From Somniosus microcephalus (Eukaryota), in assembly GCA_052327205.1 (NCBI GenBank), contig CM126222.1, positions 47,554,001 through 47,618,000 on the forward strand: a stretch of 64,000 nt of DNA, given 5' to 3'. A program made the translations under genes and the position numbers. The notes below the pieces were generated by a model. The model worked only from the letters and a program-made list of their open reading frames with translations, was not told the origin of the DNA and did not search any database. This document shows positions 21,076 to 32,513 of the stretch, piece by piece; position 1 is the first letter of the stretch, and each line of letters opens with the position of its first letter.

Positions 21076-23523
21076 GTCTGTTATACTACAGTGCTGGTTT
21101 GAAGAATGGATGGAATAATTTTGACAAATCATCTTGTAAATTGTTCTACCCTCTACCTTTCCCATCCCCCACTCTACCAGTCATTCATGTGGAAATATAC
21201 ACTGCACCATTCCCTCAGTGCTAATAAAAATTGGGGAAAGACTGGCATGGATTGAAATGTGCTACATTTCTCTGGCTGATGGCCAGGCACAGATCAAGAA
21301 TGTTATGTAGGGATTTGCAAGCATGAACCCACATCCTGTAACCATAGCAACTTTGGATTTATGATGACCTTATTTCAATAAGACCTAAACATTCAAATAG
21401 CTTAGATCATCGTCATAGAGGTGGTTATATTGAATGAAGCTATGTGCTTCTGCAATCTACTGCTTGCTATGCAGTATTTAATTGCAATTTTTAATACTTC
21501 CCAATCCCACTTTATTCACTAGAATATAAACTTAAATTGAAGCCCAACCAAATTAACAAGGCCAATCGGTTGGATTTTTGGCTGGGCTTCACAAGCCTAT
21601 TTAGGTATGCAAAATGGAGAAGATAAATGTAGCAGTCTACAAGTTAAAGGTCTGAAAGGGTGATGCAGATAGACTTCCACAATGTTCTTGTTATAAATTA
21701 GGACAAGGAATGCTAGACTTTATTGTCACTAATTGCTGTGCCAGTCTGTTGCCAAGTATATAATGGAAGGATGCACTTTTTTTATTTTTCAGGCCATATA
21801 TGTAGCCAGTGTTAATCTAGTATCTAATTAGTAGAGCCAGTTTCCTTGAAGTTTTTTTAGTGTATGCTTAATCAGATTAAGATGCTACATAGAGCATTTT
21901 CCTTTCTCTAATTTTCACACTCTACTTTCTTATCCTCTTGCTCTCTCCCCCTTGAAGGGATTATTTTTGGAGTACCATTCCAATGGCCCAGTTGCCTTCC
22001 CATGTACCTTGGCTAAGTGGTGTTCATCAGCCTTGATGGCTGTTGCCCCTGCAAAAAGAAAATTGCCTGCCATCAGTTGTCTGATCCTGCCATTACTGAC
22101 TTGCACATCTACAGTCATCCAGCAGGGTGCCATGGATACTGATCAGAATGGGGAAATTCAGCTGATCTCTCCTCCCCTCCATAGCTTGGAGTTGATGCCA
22201 ATTGTTCCATTCCTACACTGACTGACTGATCTGTTACTCTGCCTAGACTGGTGATTGAATCTGGGACTTTGTGGTCTGTGTGACAGCTACTCCCTGCCTT
22301 TAAACTGCAAAATCACCTACTGCAGAGATGTGAAGTGGTGGCAAGTTACTGTAATGCAACTACATTTTCTATAGCTGTGAGCAGTGTTTGCCTTTCCTGT
22401 CTGCAACTTCAACTGAGCATTAAATAATTAATGCTAACTAGCAATTAAAAATGCATCCTGGGTATATTGCAGAATGGATTTATGCTAGAATGAGGGATGT
22501 CTTTTCTTGGTTTGACCTTGTCAAATGCCAACACTGCTTTTGCATAGTAAACTTTAGAATTGCAGTCCAGCAATTAAATCTCAACCTACCTTCTAGCATC
22601 TCGATCTGAAGATTGCTGAATCTTTTGTTCACTTTTTTTATTGACCCTGTATGCATTTTGGGATGCTCAACAAATTGCCATCATTATAATGGACACTGCT
22701 TGGCTCCTGCAGACTTCTATAGGGACAGATGTCTACATTTTTCTCTTTTTACCTCCTTGTGCCATGCCAGATGTCAAGAGCTGGATAGATAAAATAAGTG
22801 GTCTAGCCAGTAGATCAATTTCATGTCCTGATGTTGATGGGCTAGCCTTCTGACTCCATTGGAATTGCTTTTCATAATGTGGGTAAAGAAGAAAACTAAT
22901 AGGGAACTGGCAGAGAACCACAAGACTGAATTTTCCTCTTGGCTTCCTCTCTATAATATCTGGTGGCTGTACAGCTCTATCTGCTCCACTTACAGGGGAG
23001 GTATGCATACAAGAGGTAAAGTGCAAGTGGCTCTGGGTGTCTGCCCTCCACTCTACTCATCAGCATAGTTGAGATCTGGAATGTGGAAAGTCAGTGGTTT
23101 CTTGCCAGACCACAGCCCTGCGTATTTAAAGTATTCCTGGGATGGAGGAGAGTGTGGCTACTGTTAAAGGGACTGTATACAAAAGTTAAAAATTGATGCT
23201 GCAGCCATGGCTAAGAGGGTGGAGCAGCATCTGGTTTGTGCTCGACTTTTTCCTGACCGTGCTGTTCAGGTTGAGCTCTGTGCATGGGGAAATGCAAAGT
23301 CCTATCATACCTCATAATGCAGCATCAAGGCTTTGAGAAACGAATGCATTTTTTAATAAACATTTTGGTCTATCCCAACTCGGTTTGTTGCTTTCTAGTC
23401 CTCAATAAATATCACCATGAATAAGACATTGGAGATGATGGCCTGCATTTGCCCTATGCTATTTGCTGTGTTTAGCACTTTTCCCATGCACAGGGTGACT
23501 GTCACTCCACCTATAATGCACTG

Positions 23524-23962
23524 GTGTCAGCTGTGGCTCAGTTGGTAGCAATCTCACCTCTCAGAAGGTTGTGGGTTCAAGTTCCACTCGAGGCTTGAGC
23601 ACAAAACTCCAGGGTGACACTCCAGTGCAGTACTGAGGGAGTGCAGCACTGAGGTGCCATCTTTCAGATGTGATGTTGAACAGACAGGGCCTCTGTTTAA
23701 CAAGTGGGTGTGAAAGTTCCCATGGCACTATTTTGAAGAGCAGGGGAGTTATCCCTGAAATCCTGGTCAATATTTATACCTCAATCAACATCACAAACAG
23801 ATGATCTGGTCATTCACATTGCTGTTTGTGGGAGCTTGCTGTGCATGTAATGTAGGAAACTTGGCAGCCAATATAAGAGTGGCTACACTTCAAAAGAACT
23901 TGATTGGCTGTAAAGTGCTTTGGGACATCCTGAGGTCATGAAAGGTGCTATATAAATGCATG
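23524..23962 (+). mobile_element. Full-length tRNA-derived DeuSINE (SacSINE1-like)
   Basis: Pol III A box TGGCTCAGTTGG, B box GGTTCAAGTTCC, Deu core CCCATGGCACTATTTTGAAGAGCAGGGGAGTT and L2-like tail AAAGGTGCTATATAAATGCA. Confidence 0.88.
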
Positions 23963-24242
23963 TCTGTCTGTCCCAGCTACAGTTCAACTGACCAGAAGTG
24001 ACATGTGAAGTTTTTTTTCTACAAAGACATTCTAACACAACTGGCAGTATTACTAGTATTTATTAGCAATCTGATATTTTGTAGCATCTTTCACTTGAAT
24101 GGTAGTTGTGTTGTGTCAGCAGCTGTGTGCTGTCTGGGAAAGATCTGGAACCTTATCAATTAATGGTTGATGTAACGCCATTGATTGTCATTTTGCCTTT
24201 TGAATTGCAAATTCATCAGTATAGCTTAGATTGGGTGGCTGT

Positions 24243-24496
24243 TGTAGTGTATGTACACATCTACCTGTAAGAACTATTGTATGTAACCGTTCACCTTTAA
24301 GAGAACTATTTTAGGTGTGGCACTACTTTGTTTGGCTTCTGTATACGGTAATACCGACGGTGACCACACCAGTATATAAGTGTTGTGCCAGGAGTTATTG
24401 GGCAGATTCGCCCTGACCTTCGAATAGTAAAGTCCTGTTTTAAGTTACTCCTTGGAGTCTGTGTATGAATTAATGAAACAACCCACAGACTTTACA
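24243..24496 (+). mobile_element. 254-bp solo LTR (Gypsy/BEL-type)
   Basis: TGTA...TACA termini and a perfect 5-bp TSD GCTGT (24238-24242 and 24497-24501). TATATAAG box at about 24374 and AGTAAA at about 24426. Confidence 0.85.
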
Positions 24497-24683
24497 GCTG
24501 TGATCAATATCATTCAATTATGTTCCATTCTTGTGATTTCCTGGCAAGTGCATTCAGCAGTTCTTGCTGCTCAAACTGAGGTTTATGTTGGAATGTTTAA
24601 GTTGATTTGACATTTGAACCCTCAACCTCCTGGAGATCTTTTTCAAAATTCTGTTTGAACTAGTGTTTTGCAGAGCCATTTGT

Positions 24684-25249
24684 GGTCTGGAATTGTGGAT
24701 CAGTGATGGCCATGAGGACAGTGACCCCAGTGTCCTGCTTTCCTATCTTAAATTGGAAGTGTGATGTGCAAATAACCAGTTCTGAGACCTAAAGGTGAAA
24801 AATCAAGTCCAAGGATTCTGAATAACAGCACTTTTTTTTAAATGGCATTTCCAGAGACACACGAGAATTTTCTGCAGTGTTTAAATCAAGTGTTCATTAG
24901 ATACAGGTCAGGGGAACCAGATGGTGCCCTGTCCTTAAGTTTGGGATATTTGTGTGATTCCAGTAAGGAACAAGGTGGCAGTCTCCTCTCTCCTAGCTGC
25001 AGTTGTCTTGCATAAAAGGAGTTTGGGCAGTCTCCATCCATCTCTTGGTGGGTGAATCCATGGGACAGATCTCTGCAAATTTCAGAATGGAAATGGGGGC
25101 GCAGCATAGCCTGTTTGGGAGCTGTCAATCTCAGACCGCAACTTCAGGATTTCCACTTGCGTCAAATCCCGAAGTTGCGGTCAGTTTCAAAGGTGGAATG
25201 ACTGCGAACGCTACCAGTTTGCAGTCATCCATACTACAAATTCCAGGCC
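24684..25249. mobile_element. Non-autonomous DNA element with internal hairpins (Harbinger-like?)
   Basis: Ends GGTCTGGAATTGT / TACAAATTCCAGGCC are inverted. A 19-bp stem lies at 25134-25182 and a ~15-bp stem at 25194-25231. The left boundary is uncertain. Confidence 0.5.
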
Positions 25250-25963
25250 ATTATATTTAACAATTGGATTTACAATTGCTATTTTAAAGGGTGAATGGCT
25301 GGGCATATAATATGCTTTTACCCTTTAATTATTTTGACTTGTATTCCTGTTGTGAAATGTTGTGCAGAAAGTAGATTTGTGAGTGTTAAACAAAAACCCT
25401 CAAACTGGTACTTTGTCTAGTCTGAACCCTTTCATGTAAAATATCAGCTTGCTTTATTTAATTCCATGGCTTTAATTGCTGTCTCCCCTTTGCCTTCATA
25501 AAGCAACACTGGGATTAATGAACTGTCTACACCACATTGCCTTTGACCTTCCATGGTGCATTTTTCCACTGAGTACTTGCTCACAAATGAATAAATTTGT
25601 ACTAATCACAGGGAGCAACAGGTGTCACCTGAATTGAAACTGTCATTAGATAACCCTAACTATTTGACTAGAATTATTCAGTATTGGCTTCAGATCACTG
25701 GTTGAGTTGCCACGTTTTTGTTGCTAATCTACACACTTAAGTGGCATATCTTCTGTTACTTTCAAGGTTCGCCAAAAAATTTCAAGTCAATTACTCTGTC
25801 CAGCCAGTGCAAATCAGTTCAATGGAGGCATTCTTGAAGGATTTTCCACATCTGAAATCAGCTGTGTTTATTGCTGATGAAAAAAATGTCTGAGTAACAG
25901 AACAAAATGGGTTCCAGAATTCTTGCATAGGTTTTTTAAAAATCTGTAGATTTTATTTTCTAG

Positions 25964-26004
25964 AGGAGATATTGGCCCAAAATGAGCTGTTCAACAATGG
26001 TGAG
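25964..26004 (+). CDS. MXRA7: Probable 41-nt internal exon of MXRA7 (xEILAQNELFNNGE)
   Basis: Acceptor TTTTATTTTCTAG and donor GAG|GTATGT. Open in phase 1 to 0, and joins in frame to the exon at 31072. Assignment rests on splice signals and phase, not recognised homology. Confidence 0.55.
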
Positions 26005-26039
26005 GTATGTGGGGATCAATACTCAGTATGTTGGGGTCA

Positions 26040-26757
26040 TGGGAAGAATGAGAGGCAATATAAACTAAAGGGTATAATTCTAAAGGCAGTGCAGGAACAG
26101 AGACCTGGGGGGGTATATGCACAAATCATTGAAGGGGCAGAACAGGTTGAATAATTTTTTTTAAATACAGGATCCTGGGCTTTATTATTAGAGGCAGAGT
26201 ACAAAAGCAAGGAAGTTATGATCCTTTTATAGAACACTGGTTTGGCCTCAACTGAAGTATGGTGTCCAATTCTGGGCACTGCACTTTAGGAAGGATGTGT
26301 CGGCCTTGGAGGGTGTAGAAAAGATTGAGTGGTTCTAGGGATGAGACTTCCGTTACGTGGATGGACTGGAGAAGCTGGAGTTCTTTTTAGAGCAGAGAAG
26401 GTTGTGAGGAGATCTGATGGAGGTGCTCAAAATCATGAGGGGTCTAGATGGAGTCGATTAGAGAAACTGTTCACATTGGCAGAAGGGTTGAGAACTCAAG
26501 GACACCAATTTATTTAAAGTGGCTGGTCGAAGAACCAAAGGTGATGTGAGGGAAAAACTTTTTAGAGTAATGATCTGGAATGCACTGCTTGAAAGTGTGG
26601 TGGAGGCAGACTCCATCGTAGCATTCAAAAGGGAATTGGATAAGTACCTGAAGGAGAAATATGCAGGGCTTCAGGGAAGGGGCGGGGAGTGGGACTAGCT
26701 GATCATCTCTTGCAGAGAGCGGGCTCGACAGGCTGAATGGCCTCCTTCTGTGCTGTA
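26040..26757 (+). mobile_element. CR1 3' fragment
   Basis: Decayed EQRDLGV, PQL.Y.VQFWA.HFRKDV, WNAL and FKRELDKYL segments, then the 3'UTR GGCTGAATGGCCTCCTTCTGTGCTGTA. Confidence 0.88.
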
Positions 26758-27154
26758 GTTTATTTGAGACTAGAGCAATGTGGCTGGAATTTACCCAACT
26801 CAAGTCTTGCACCTACTCTAGGATTGCTTGATAATGCAATAGATGGCAGTTGGGGGGGTTAGGTGGAATTCATAATGTAGGTCTGACATCGCTTCTTCCT
26901 CTGTTGCTGTAAATTTTCACTGCAAAAGAAAGTGCTATGCCATGTTGGCATAGACAAGCAGTTCACCAATGTGGTTCTGTAATGCAACATTAGAAGCAGA
27001 AAACCACTCCAGATTAACTCAGAGCAAGAGTTCCAAAGGGAGGATGAGAAGTCTATCAGGAATTTTCCATGAATTATTCCAATCTACATTCTATTGTATG
27101 GCACCACTAGGCTGCCCACTTCATACAAGAATTTTAGATTTCACTTTCCGATTG

Positions 27155-27281
27155 AAAGAACGACAGACTTGTATTTATATAGCGCCTTTCACAATCACCG
27201 GCCATCTCTAAGCTCTTTAGTCAATTAAGTACTTTTTTGAAGTGGAGTCACTTGTAATGTGGGAAACGCAGCAGCCAATTT
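27155..27281 (-). mobile_element. DeuSINE 3' tail fragment
   Basis: GACTTGTATTTATATAGCGCCTTTCAC...TGTAATGTGGGAAACGCAGCAGCCAAT matches the reverse complement of the SINE tail. Confidence 0.8.
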
Positions 27282-28004
27282 GGAGTACATTTTCTAGTTC
27301 ATCCATTTGCAAAGCAAGATGTGGGGGTATGAAGGATGTTTATAATGCTAACACACTCTGCTCTAGACTTGTAATTGTTCCAATTTTTAAAGCAACCTTA
27401 AAGTGAACCCAAATGTACAGCAGTTATCAGTAACCATGCTGCAACTCTGCATATATACATTTCTATGAAGTTTGCCTCATTGCCGTAATCCTCTTTTATT
27501 AAGACATAATGCAACCTTGTAAATAAATTACTTTTCTACAATCCTATTTGCTCGAAGCCAAAAAGTCTGCTTGCTTAGTGATTTTCAAGATTTGGAAGGG
27601 AAAGACATTTCTAACCCAAATTGGCTGTGAACTTTGACCAGCAAAATCTTCAGTCCTTGGGATGGGCCCTCATAAATCTGTTTGGTTAGTCTCTTTCCAA
27701 GGCAACTGACTATGTATGTTTCTCTAAAATACATAATTTCCATGTAGCTTGAATGCAATGTCATAAGTAACATAAGCCTAAAAGTAAACTAAGCACAGAA
27801 TTCTATAGTTTGGTATCCTACAGTGTAGAAATGCTGTCTTGACTTGAGCATTTGCAGAGGATTGTACAGCAGTTTACTATAAGATTGCTATGTTCATATG
27901 TAAATCAAATGATCAAGAAATTAGATGAGCCCATATTACACTTCCACATCAGTCTGCTAACCACCTTGTCTCCAATCTTGCATCCTGCATCAACTTTTGT
28001 TGCT

Positions 28005-28215
28005 TGGCTTTAGTAGTGCAATCATCTCTGACAGATGGTCATGGGTTCGAGCCTTGCACTCAGATTTGAACACAATCTCTGACAATTCGGTGCAGTACTG
28101 AGTGCTACATTGTCAGTTGTGATGTTTTGGATAAGACATTAAACCAAAGTCACTTCTGCCTGATCAGGTAGATGCAAAAATCCCATGGCACCATTTGGCA
28201 AGGCATTCTCCTGGC
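28005..28215 (+). mobile_element. Degenerate DeuSINE 5' half
   Basis: B box GGGTTCGAGCC, GTGCAGTACTGAG and ATCCCATGGCAC. Confidence 0.7.
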
Positions 28216-28361
28216 TGTGTTGGCTGACGGATAGTTGTTGGCCAAACAGATTGGGGTAGAAATTGGACCCCATTGGGAGTCTTGGGAAACATTTTTAAAT
28301 CATCTTTGATTTCCAGTGTCTGTTAGAAATGCAAAGGAAAAGGCCAGTCAACAACAAAGAC

Positions 28362-28460
28362 CTGTTCTAAAGAAGGGTCTCCTGTGACACATGAACCTTT
28401 TCTCTTTCAGATGCTAATTGACCTGGTTTCCAATTCCAACATTTTTGGCTTTTATTTCAG
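28362..28460 (+). mobile_element. Old Penelope-like terminal fragment
   Basis: GTTCTAAAGAAGGGTC...CAGATGCT..TGACCTG...TTCCAACATTTT...TTTATTTCAG is similar to the 20.9/53.2 kb copies. The hammerhead core is decayed. Confidence 0.5.
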
Positions 28461-29247
28461 CTTTATTTTGTATTTTTGCCTTCAATTGTATTTATTTTAA
28501 TTTTTGTGTATACCACCAAGGAAAAATCTTACACTTGGCTAACTTTCAAGCCATACGAAAGCATTCTGTAGCTATATAATTAGAGCATTCCCTTTTACAC
28601 TAACCAATTCTTTTGCACAAAATTCAAATTGCCATTCACAAACTGATTTAAGCTTTTGTAAAAACATATCAAGTTAATGGATGTGAAGGAATGTGATTGG
28701 ATCATTGTACAGTATTTCTATTGCCTAAGATGCTGTAAATTGATCATTTTGATGTAAGGTTTTTGTGCTGCTGCCTAGTTTAGTTGACCATTAAACTCAA
28801 ACAGGAAATCAAATCTGTAACTGCCTTCATAAGGCACAACTAATATAATTAAAACACAAGTCTAATCTAACAAAAGGAAACTTACTTTTTTTTTTAAACC
28901 TAAATCATAACATTGGCTGTCTCTACCAGACACTCTTCCGTGTGGTGCCCACTGGTTGTGGAATAGTCCAAGTGACCGATAGACATCACATGCTCAGCTA
29001 CCCAGCCACGACGAGACCACTGAAGAGAAGCAGGCAGCCAGACACCCTTGCCATGGACCCATGACTAGCTGTCTTTGCCAAGCTCAGGATCAGACTTGAA
29101 GGCCCTCTGCACCAGGTGGCCAAAGATCAGAGCATAAAATAAGAATCGGCCCCTTTTTTAAATAATGGGGGCTGCAACCACTGAACTACATAAATATGAA
29201 GAGCAGTTTCAATCACGCTGCTGATGTACCTTCTAAAGCAATGTTTA

Positions 29248-29590
29248 ACAGCTTGCATTTATATAGTGCCTTTAACATAGTAAAATGTCCAAGTGCTTCA
29301 CAGCATTGTCAAACTGCTATAAGGAGCAATTGGGACAAGTGACCAATAGCTTGGTCGGAGGTAGGTTTGGCAGAGAAGTTCAGGGAGGGAATTAGTTTGG
29401 GGTCTGGACAACTGAAGGCACTGCCATCAATGGTGGAGTGATGAATCTGATGTGGAAGAGGCCAGAATTGGAGTGCAAAGATCGTGGAGGGTTATACAGT
29501 TGGAGGAGGTTAAAGATGTGGTGGAGTAAGGCCATGGAGTGACTCTGATCAAGGCGTTACCAGGCCAGGGGTCAGTGAGCACAGGAGTTT
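29248..29590 (-). mobile_element. L2 LINE 3' fragment
   Basis: Tail TTGCATTTATATAGTGCCTTTAAC, plus ACCAATAGCTTGGTC, CTGAAGGCAC..CCATCAATGGTGGAG and GAGGCCAGAATTGGAG. Homologous to 55930-56290. Confidence 0.75.
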
Positions 29591-29903
29591 TAATAATTGA
29601 TGGCCTGGCTGTGGGTCCAAAGCTGCCCAGGTCACCAGAGCATGTTTAGGCTTGAAAGATGCCTTTTTTGATTTTAGTTGATCCTTTCTCCAGTTCAAGT
29701 GAGTGAGTGAGTGGTTTAAAATCTGTTAGTTTTTCCTGAAACCATCCCAAAGCACCAATATTATACTGGAGGATTTTTAATAAATTACTGTATTGAAAAA
29801 TGTTCTAAACTTGGATTTGCCCATGTGTTGAGGTAAAATAGTTCCTTTCTACTTGTCAAATGCTAGAGTTGCATTGCTGTACATTATTAGCAGCTTTCAA
29901 TTA

Positions 29904-30187
29904 TGGGAAACTTTGGTTTATCCGGAGGTTGTATGGCCGGAAACCTCGATCTAACGGCAGAAATCAGCAGCTGTTTTGTTAAACAGTCAGTCTCTGGAAA
30001 GCCTCTCTGAAGCTGTTGCTAAGCTACAGACGCTTCCAAGGTATGGGCTGACTGTTTACAAGCTGTTGCTAAGCAACAGTGTCAGATACAGAGACGAAAA
30101 CCTCCATCCTTCAACATTAGCACTAGTCTGTCTGGAAGTTTTCATAGATCGGCATCATGTCGGTGCCAGCTATCGTGAAGTTTCCTG
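29904..30187. mobile_element. 284-bp Tc1/pogo-like MITE, same family as 9361-9540
   Basis: TA on both sides. Ends TGGGAAACTTTGGTTTATCCGG and GTGCCAGCTATCGTGAAGTTTCCTG. Shares its first ~65 bp and the GCTGTTGCTAAGC motif with the 9361 copy. Confidence 0.75.
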
Positions 30188-31071
30188 TAATTGAATATCA
30201 GTGTTCATTATTTAACCTGTGTACTCAATTTTTCCTTTTTGGAAAATATCATTCTCCCCAACATTGGCCACCTGGCCTTGTAGAGGATTAGAAGCCTTCT
30301 CCTGTTCCTAAGTGATAACAGTAAGTAACTCCACAGATGACTAAAGTTCCACTAGTCACTGCCCTTGAGGGCATCTTATCTCCAGAGGCTGGATTTGCAA
30401 AAAGAGCTCGACAACGTTTTAAAATTCTGTACAATACCTTGGGCTATGGCGCACAAGTGAACTAAGTCCCAAACCAAAAATGTATTGCATGGAAGAGATT
30501 TATGGTCTCTGGTGGTAGTGTAACATTAGTGGCTTTAGGCAACATTTAGTTTGAAACAAAACTATAATTCATTTTGAGTAAACCTGAATTACACTATCAA
30601 AGGGATTGTTTTTAATGTGCATTATGGAGCTTTTAATGTACCTTCAGTCTGATAATTACTTTAAATGGCTGACTCTATGCCCTTGTTTGATCTAATTAAT
30701 TATAAAATGGTTACATTTTATTCAGTCTGATTAGGGGGCAATTTAATTCTAGACAATGACATTCCATTTTAGTTCTGAGGATAACTAACACCAAGTGCTT
30801 TCCTGGGTTTTCTGTTGAGCAGACAAAATGGCCTCGAGTAAATTGAGTAAAAAATTTTTGAATAGTATTTTGCACAATCCTGTCAACGATGGCACTTTCT
30901 CAGCTCCTTGAATTACTTTAGCTTCATTTAAAATCTTGCTAGAAAAGTTGATCCTGGGAAATGAACATGCAGCAAGTATTTGTTTTTAATATTGTAACTT
31001 TGGTCTTTTGATATTGGTATGGTTTGGAAGTATTGATAACTGTTCTAACTTTAAATTTTTTTTTTGGTCAG

Positions 31072-31129
31072 GAAGAAGATGAAGCAGAGGTTGAAAGCAC
31101 TAAAAAATCCCTTCCTGATTTAGACAATG
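31072..31129 (+). CDS. MXRA7: MXRA7 internal exon, 58 nt (EEDEAEVESTKKSLPDLDN)
   Basis: Branch-like TTCTAAC, T-tract and CAG acceptor; donor ATG|GTAAGA. Phase 0 to 1, joining in frame to the exon at 44111. The acidic peptide fits the MXRA7 linker. Confidence 0.8.
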
Positions 31130-31526
31130 GTAAGATCATATGCTAAGATAATTGGTTTTCTTTTTATCCTTCAGCTTTTAACATACTTTTCAATGAAGTG
31201 TTCATTATACAAGATGATTCAGAGAAATATGGGCAATGCAGAGTTGGAAGGCAAATTCTTCACTGATTAGTGGTTGACACGGTTTTGTTTGCAAACGCAA
31301 TGTGATCATATTTGTAACTAGACTGTTGAGCTATAGCATGTAAAAACCCTCACTCACATGGTATTGCCTTCCAAAAGACACATGTAGTGAGTGCCCTTTT
31401 AAAGACCAGTAGTTTTTTGAGTTGTATAGCAATCCATGTTGAAATGCAGGTCACCCAGAAGAGCATGTTTTAATGAGGGGCTGAAATGTCATTTTCAGCT
31501 TAAAATTCAATATCCTTGCTATTTAA

Positions 31527-31613
31527 AATCACAGAATCTACAGTGCAGATAGAGGCCATTTCGGCCCATCGAGCCTGCACCGACACATATCCCACCCTAT
31601 CCCCGTAACCCCA
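31527..31613 (-). mobile_element. 5'-truncated HE1-type SINE (3' end only)
   Basis: Nearly identical to 33895-33966 (ACAGTGCAGATAGAGGCCATTTCGGCCCATCGAGCCTGCACCGACACATATCCCACCC). Confidence 0.85.
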
Positions 31614-31904
31614 TGATCTGGTATGTTATCAAAATATAAGTCCTTGGGTGCAAATACACAGTGCACAATGAGGGATCATATGAAGTGGCTTTTTTATTCA
31701 TGGGATATGGGCATTGCTAGCATTTATTGCCTATCACTAGATTCAGCCAAGGTTTTCACTACTGATTTGTCACATGGTAATTCTGTGAGCAGGGGCATGT
31801 GTAAAAGCCAGAAGCACAGTTGATATGGGGGGTGGGAGAACACCATGGCTTCAGTCAGCCCAATATTTAATTGGAGGAAATTTCTGCTCACCAATATGCC
31901 TGGA

Positions 31905-32212
31905 GCAGTATGACATCAGTGGAGGGGTAGTGAGGTAGAGCTGGGTGTTGGCGTACATGTGGAATGAGACATCTTTTTGGATGTTGTCATTAAGGGGCAG
32001 CATGTAGATGAGAAATAGGAGGGGGTTGATGGATCTTTGAGGGACTCTAGGTAACTAAGTGGGAGCTACAACTGGATGGGTAAGAATAGAACCAGGTGAG
32101 GGCAATCCCACTCTGCTAGATGTTGGAGGATGGTGTGGTCAACTGTCAAAGACTGCAGACTTGTAGAAAGATGAGGAATATGTGGTCCTATTCACAGATG
32201 TCATTTGTGACT
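31905..32212 (-). mobile_element. L2 LINE RT fragment
   Basis: The minus strand TTCCACATGTACGCCAACACCCAGCTCTAC is a decayed FHMYADDTQLY. Upstream are GVPQGS- and AFDTVDH-like remnants. Confidence 0.75.
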
Positions 32213-32513
32213 AAAGTGGAAAAGTTGTTCTGCAGGTGATGCATACTTCACTCTAGTGCATTACAAATTCAACTGTTGACTCGTTCAGTTGCTTGATTAT
32301 TCTTGCATTGTCTTCCATGTTCTCCATGCTGACCAGACAATGAGTATTTCCTGTCCCAGTGATTGATAACATTTGATCTAGCATCTCCCTAATGCTCTGC
32401 TTCCCCCACCAGAATCTTTAAGGCCAGGATCTTGCTGCTCATATAAATCCCTTGCACATTCTTCCTTGTAGATGTTCAAAACCTTAATGTGTTCGGTTGG
32501 TATAAAACATAGT

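Noticed and set aside
23524-23600. tRNA-like sequence with A and B boxes (also 34140-34205)
   Set aside because: These are SINE heads continuing into Deu or V domains and LINE-derived tails, not tRNA genes.
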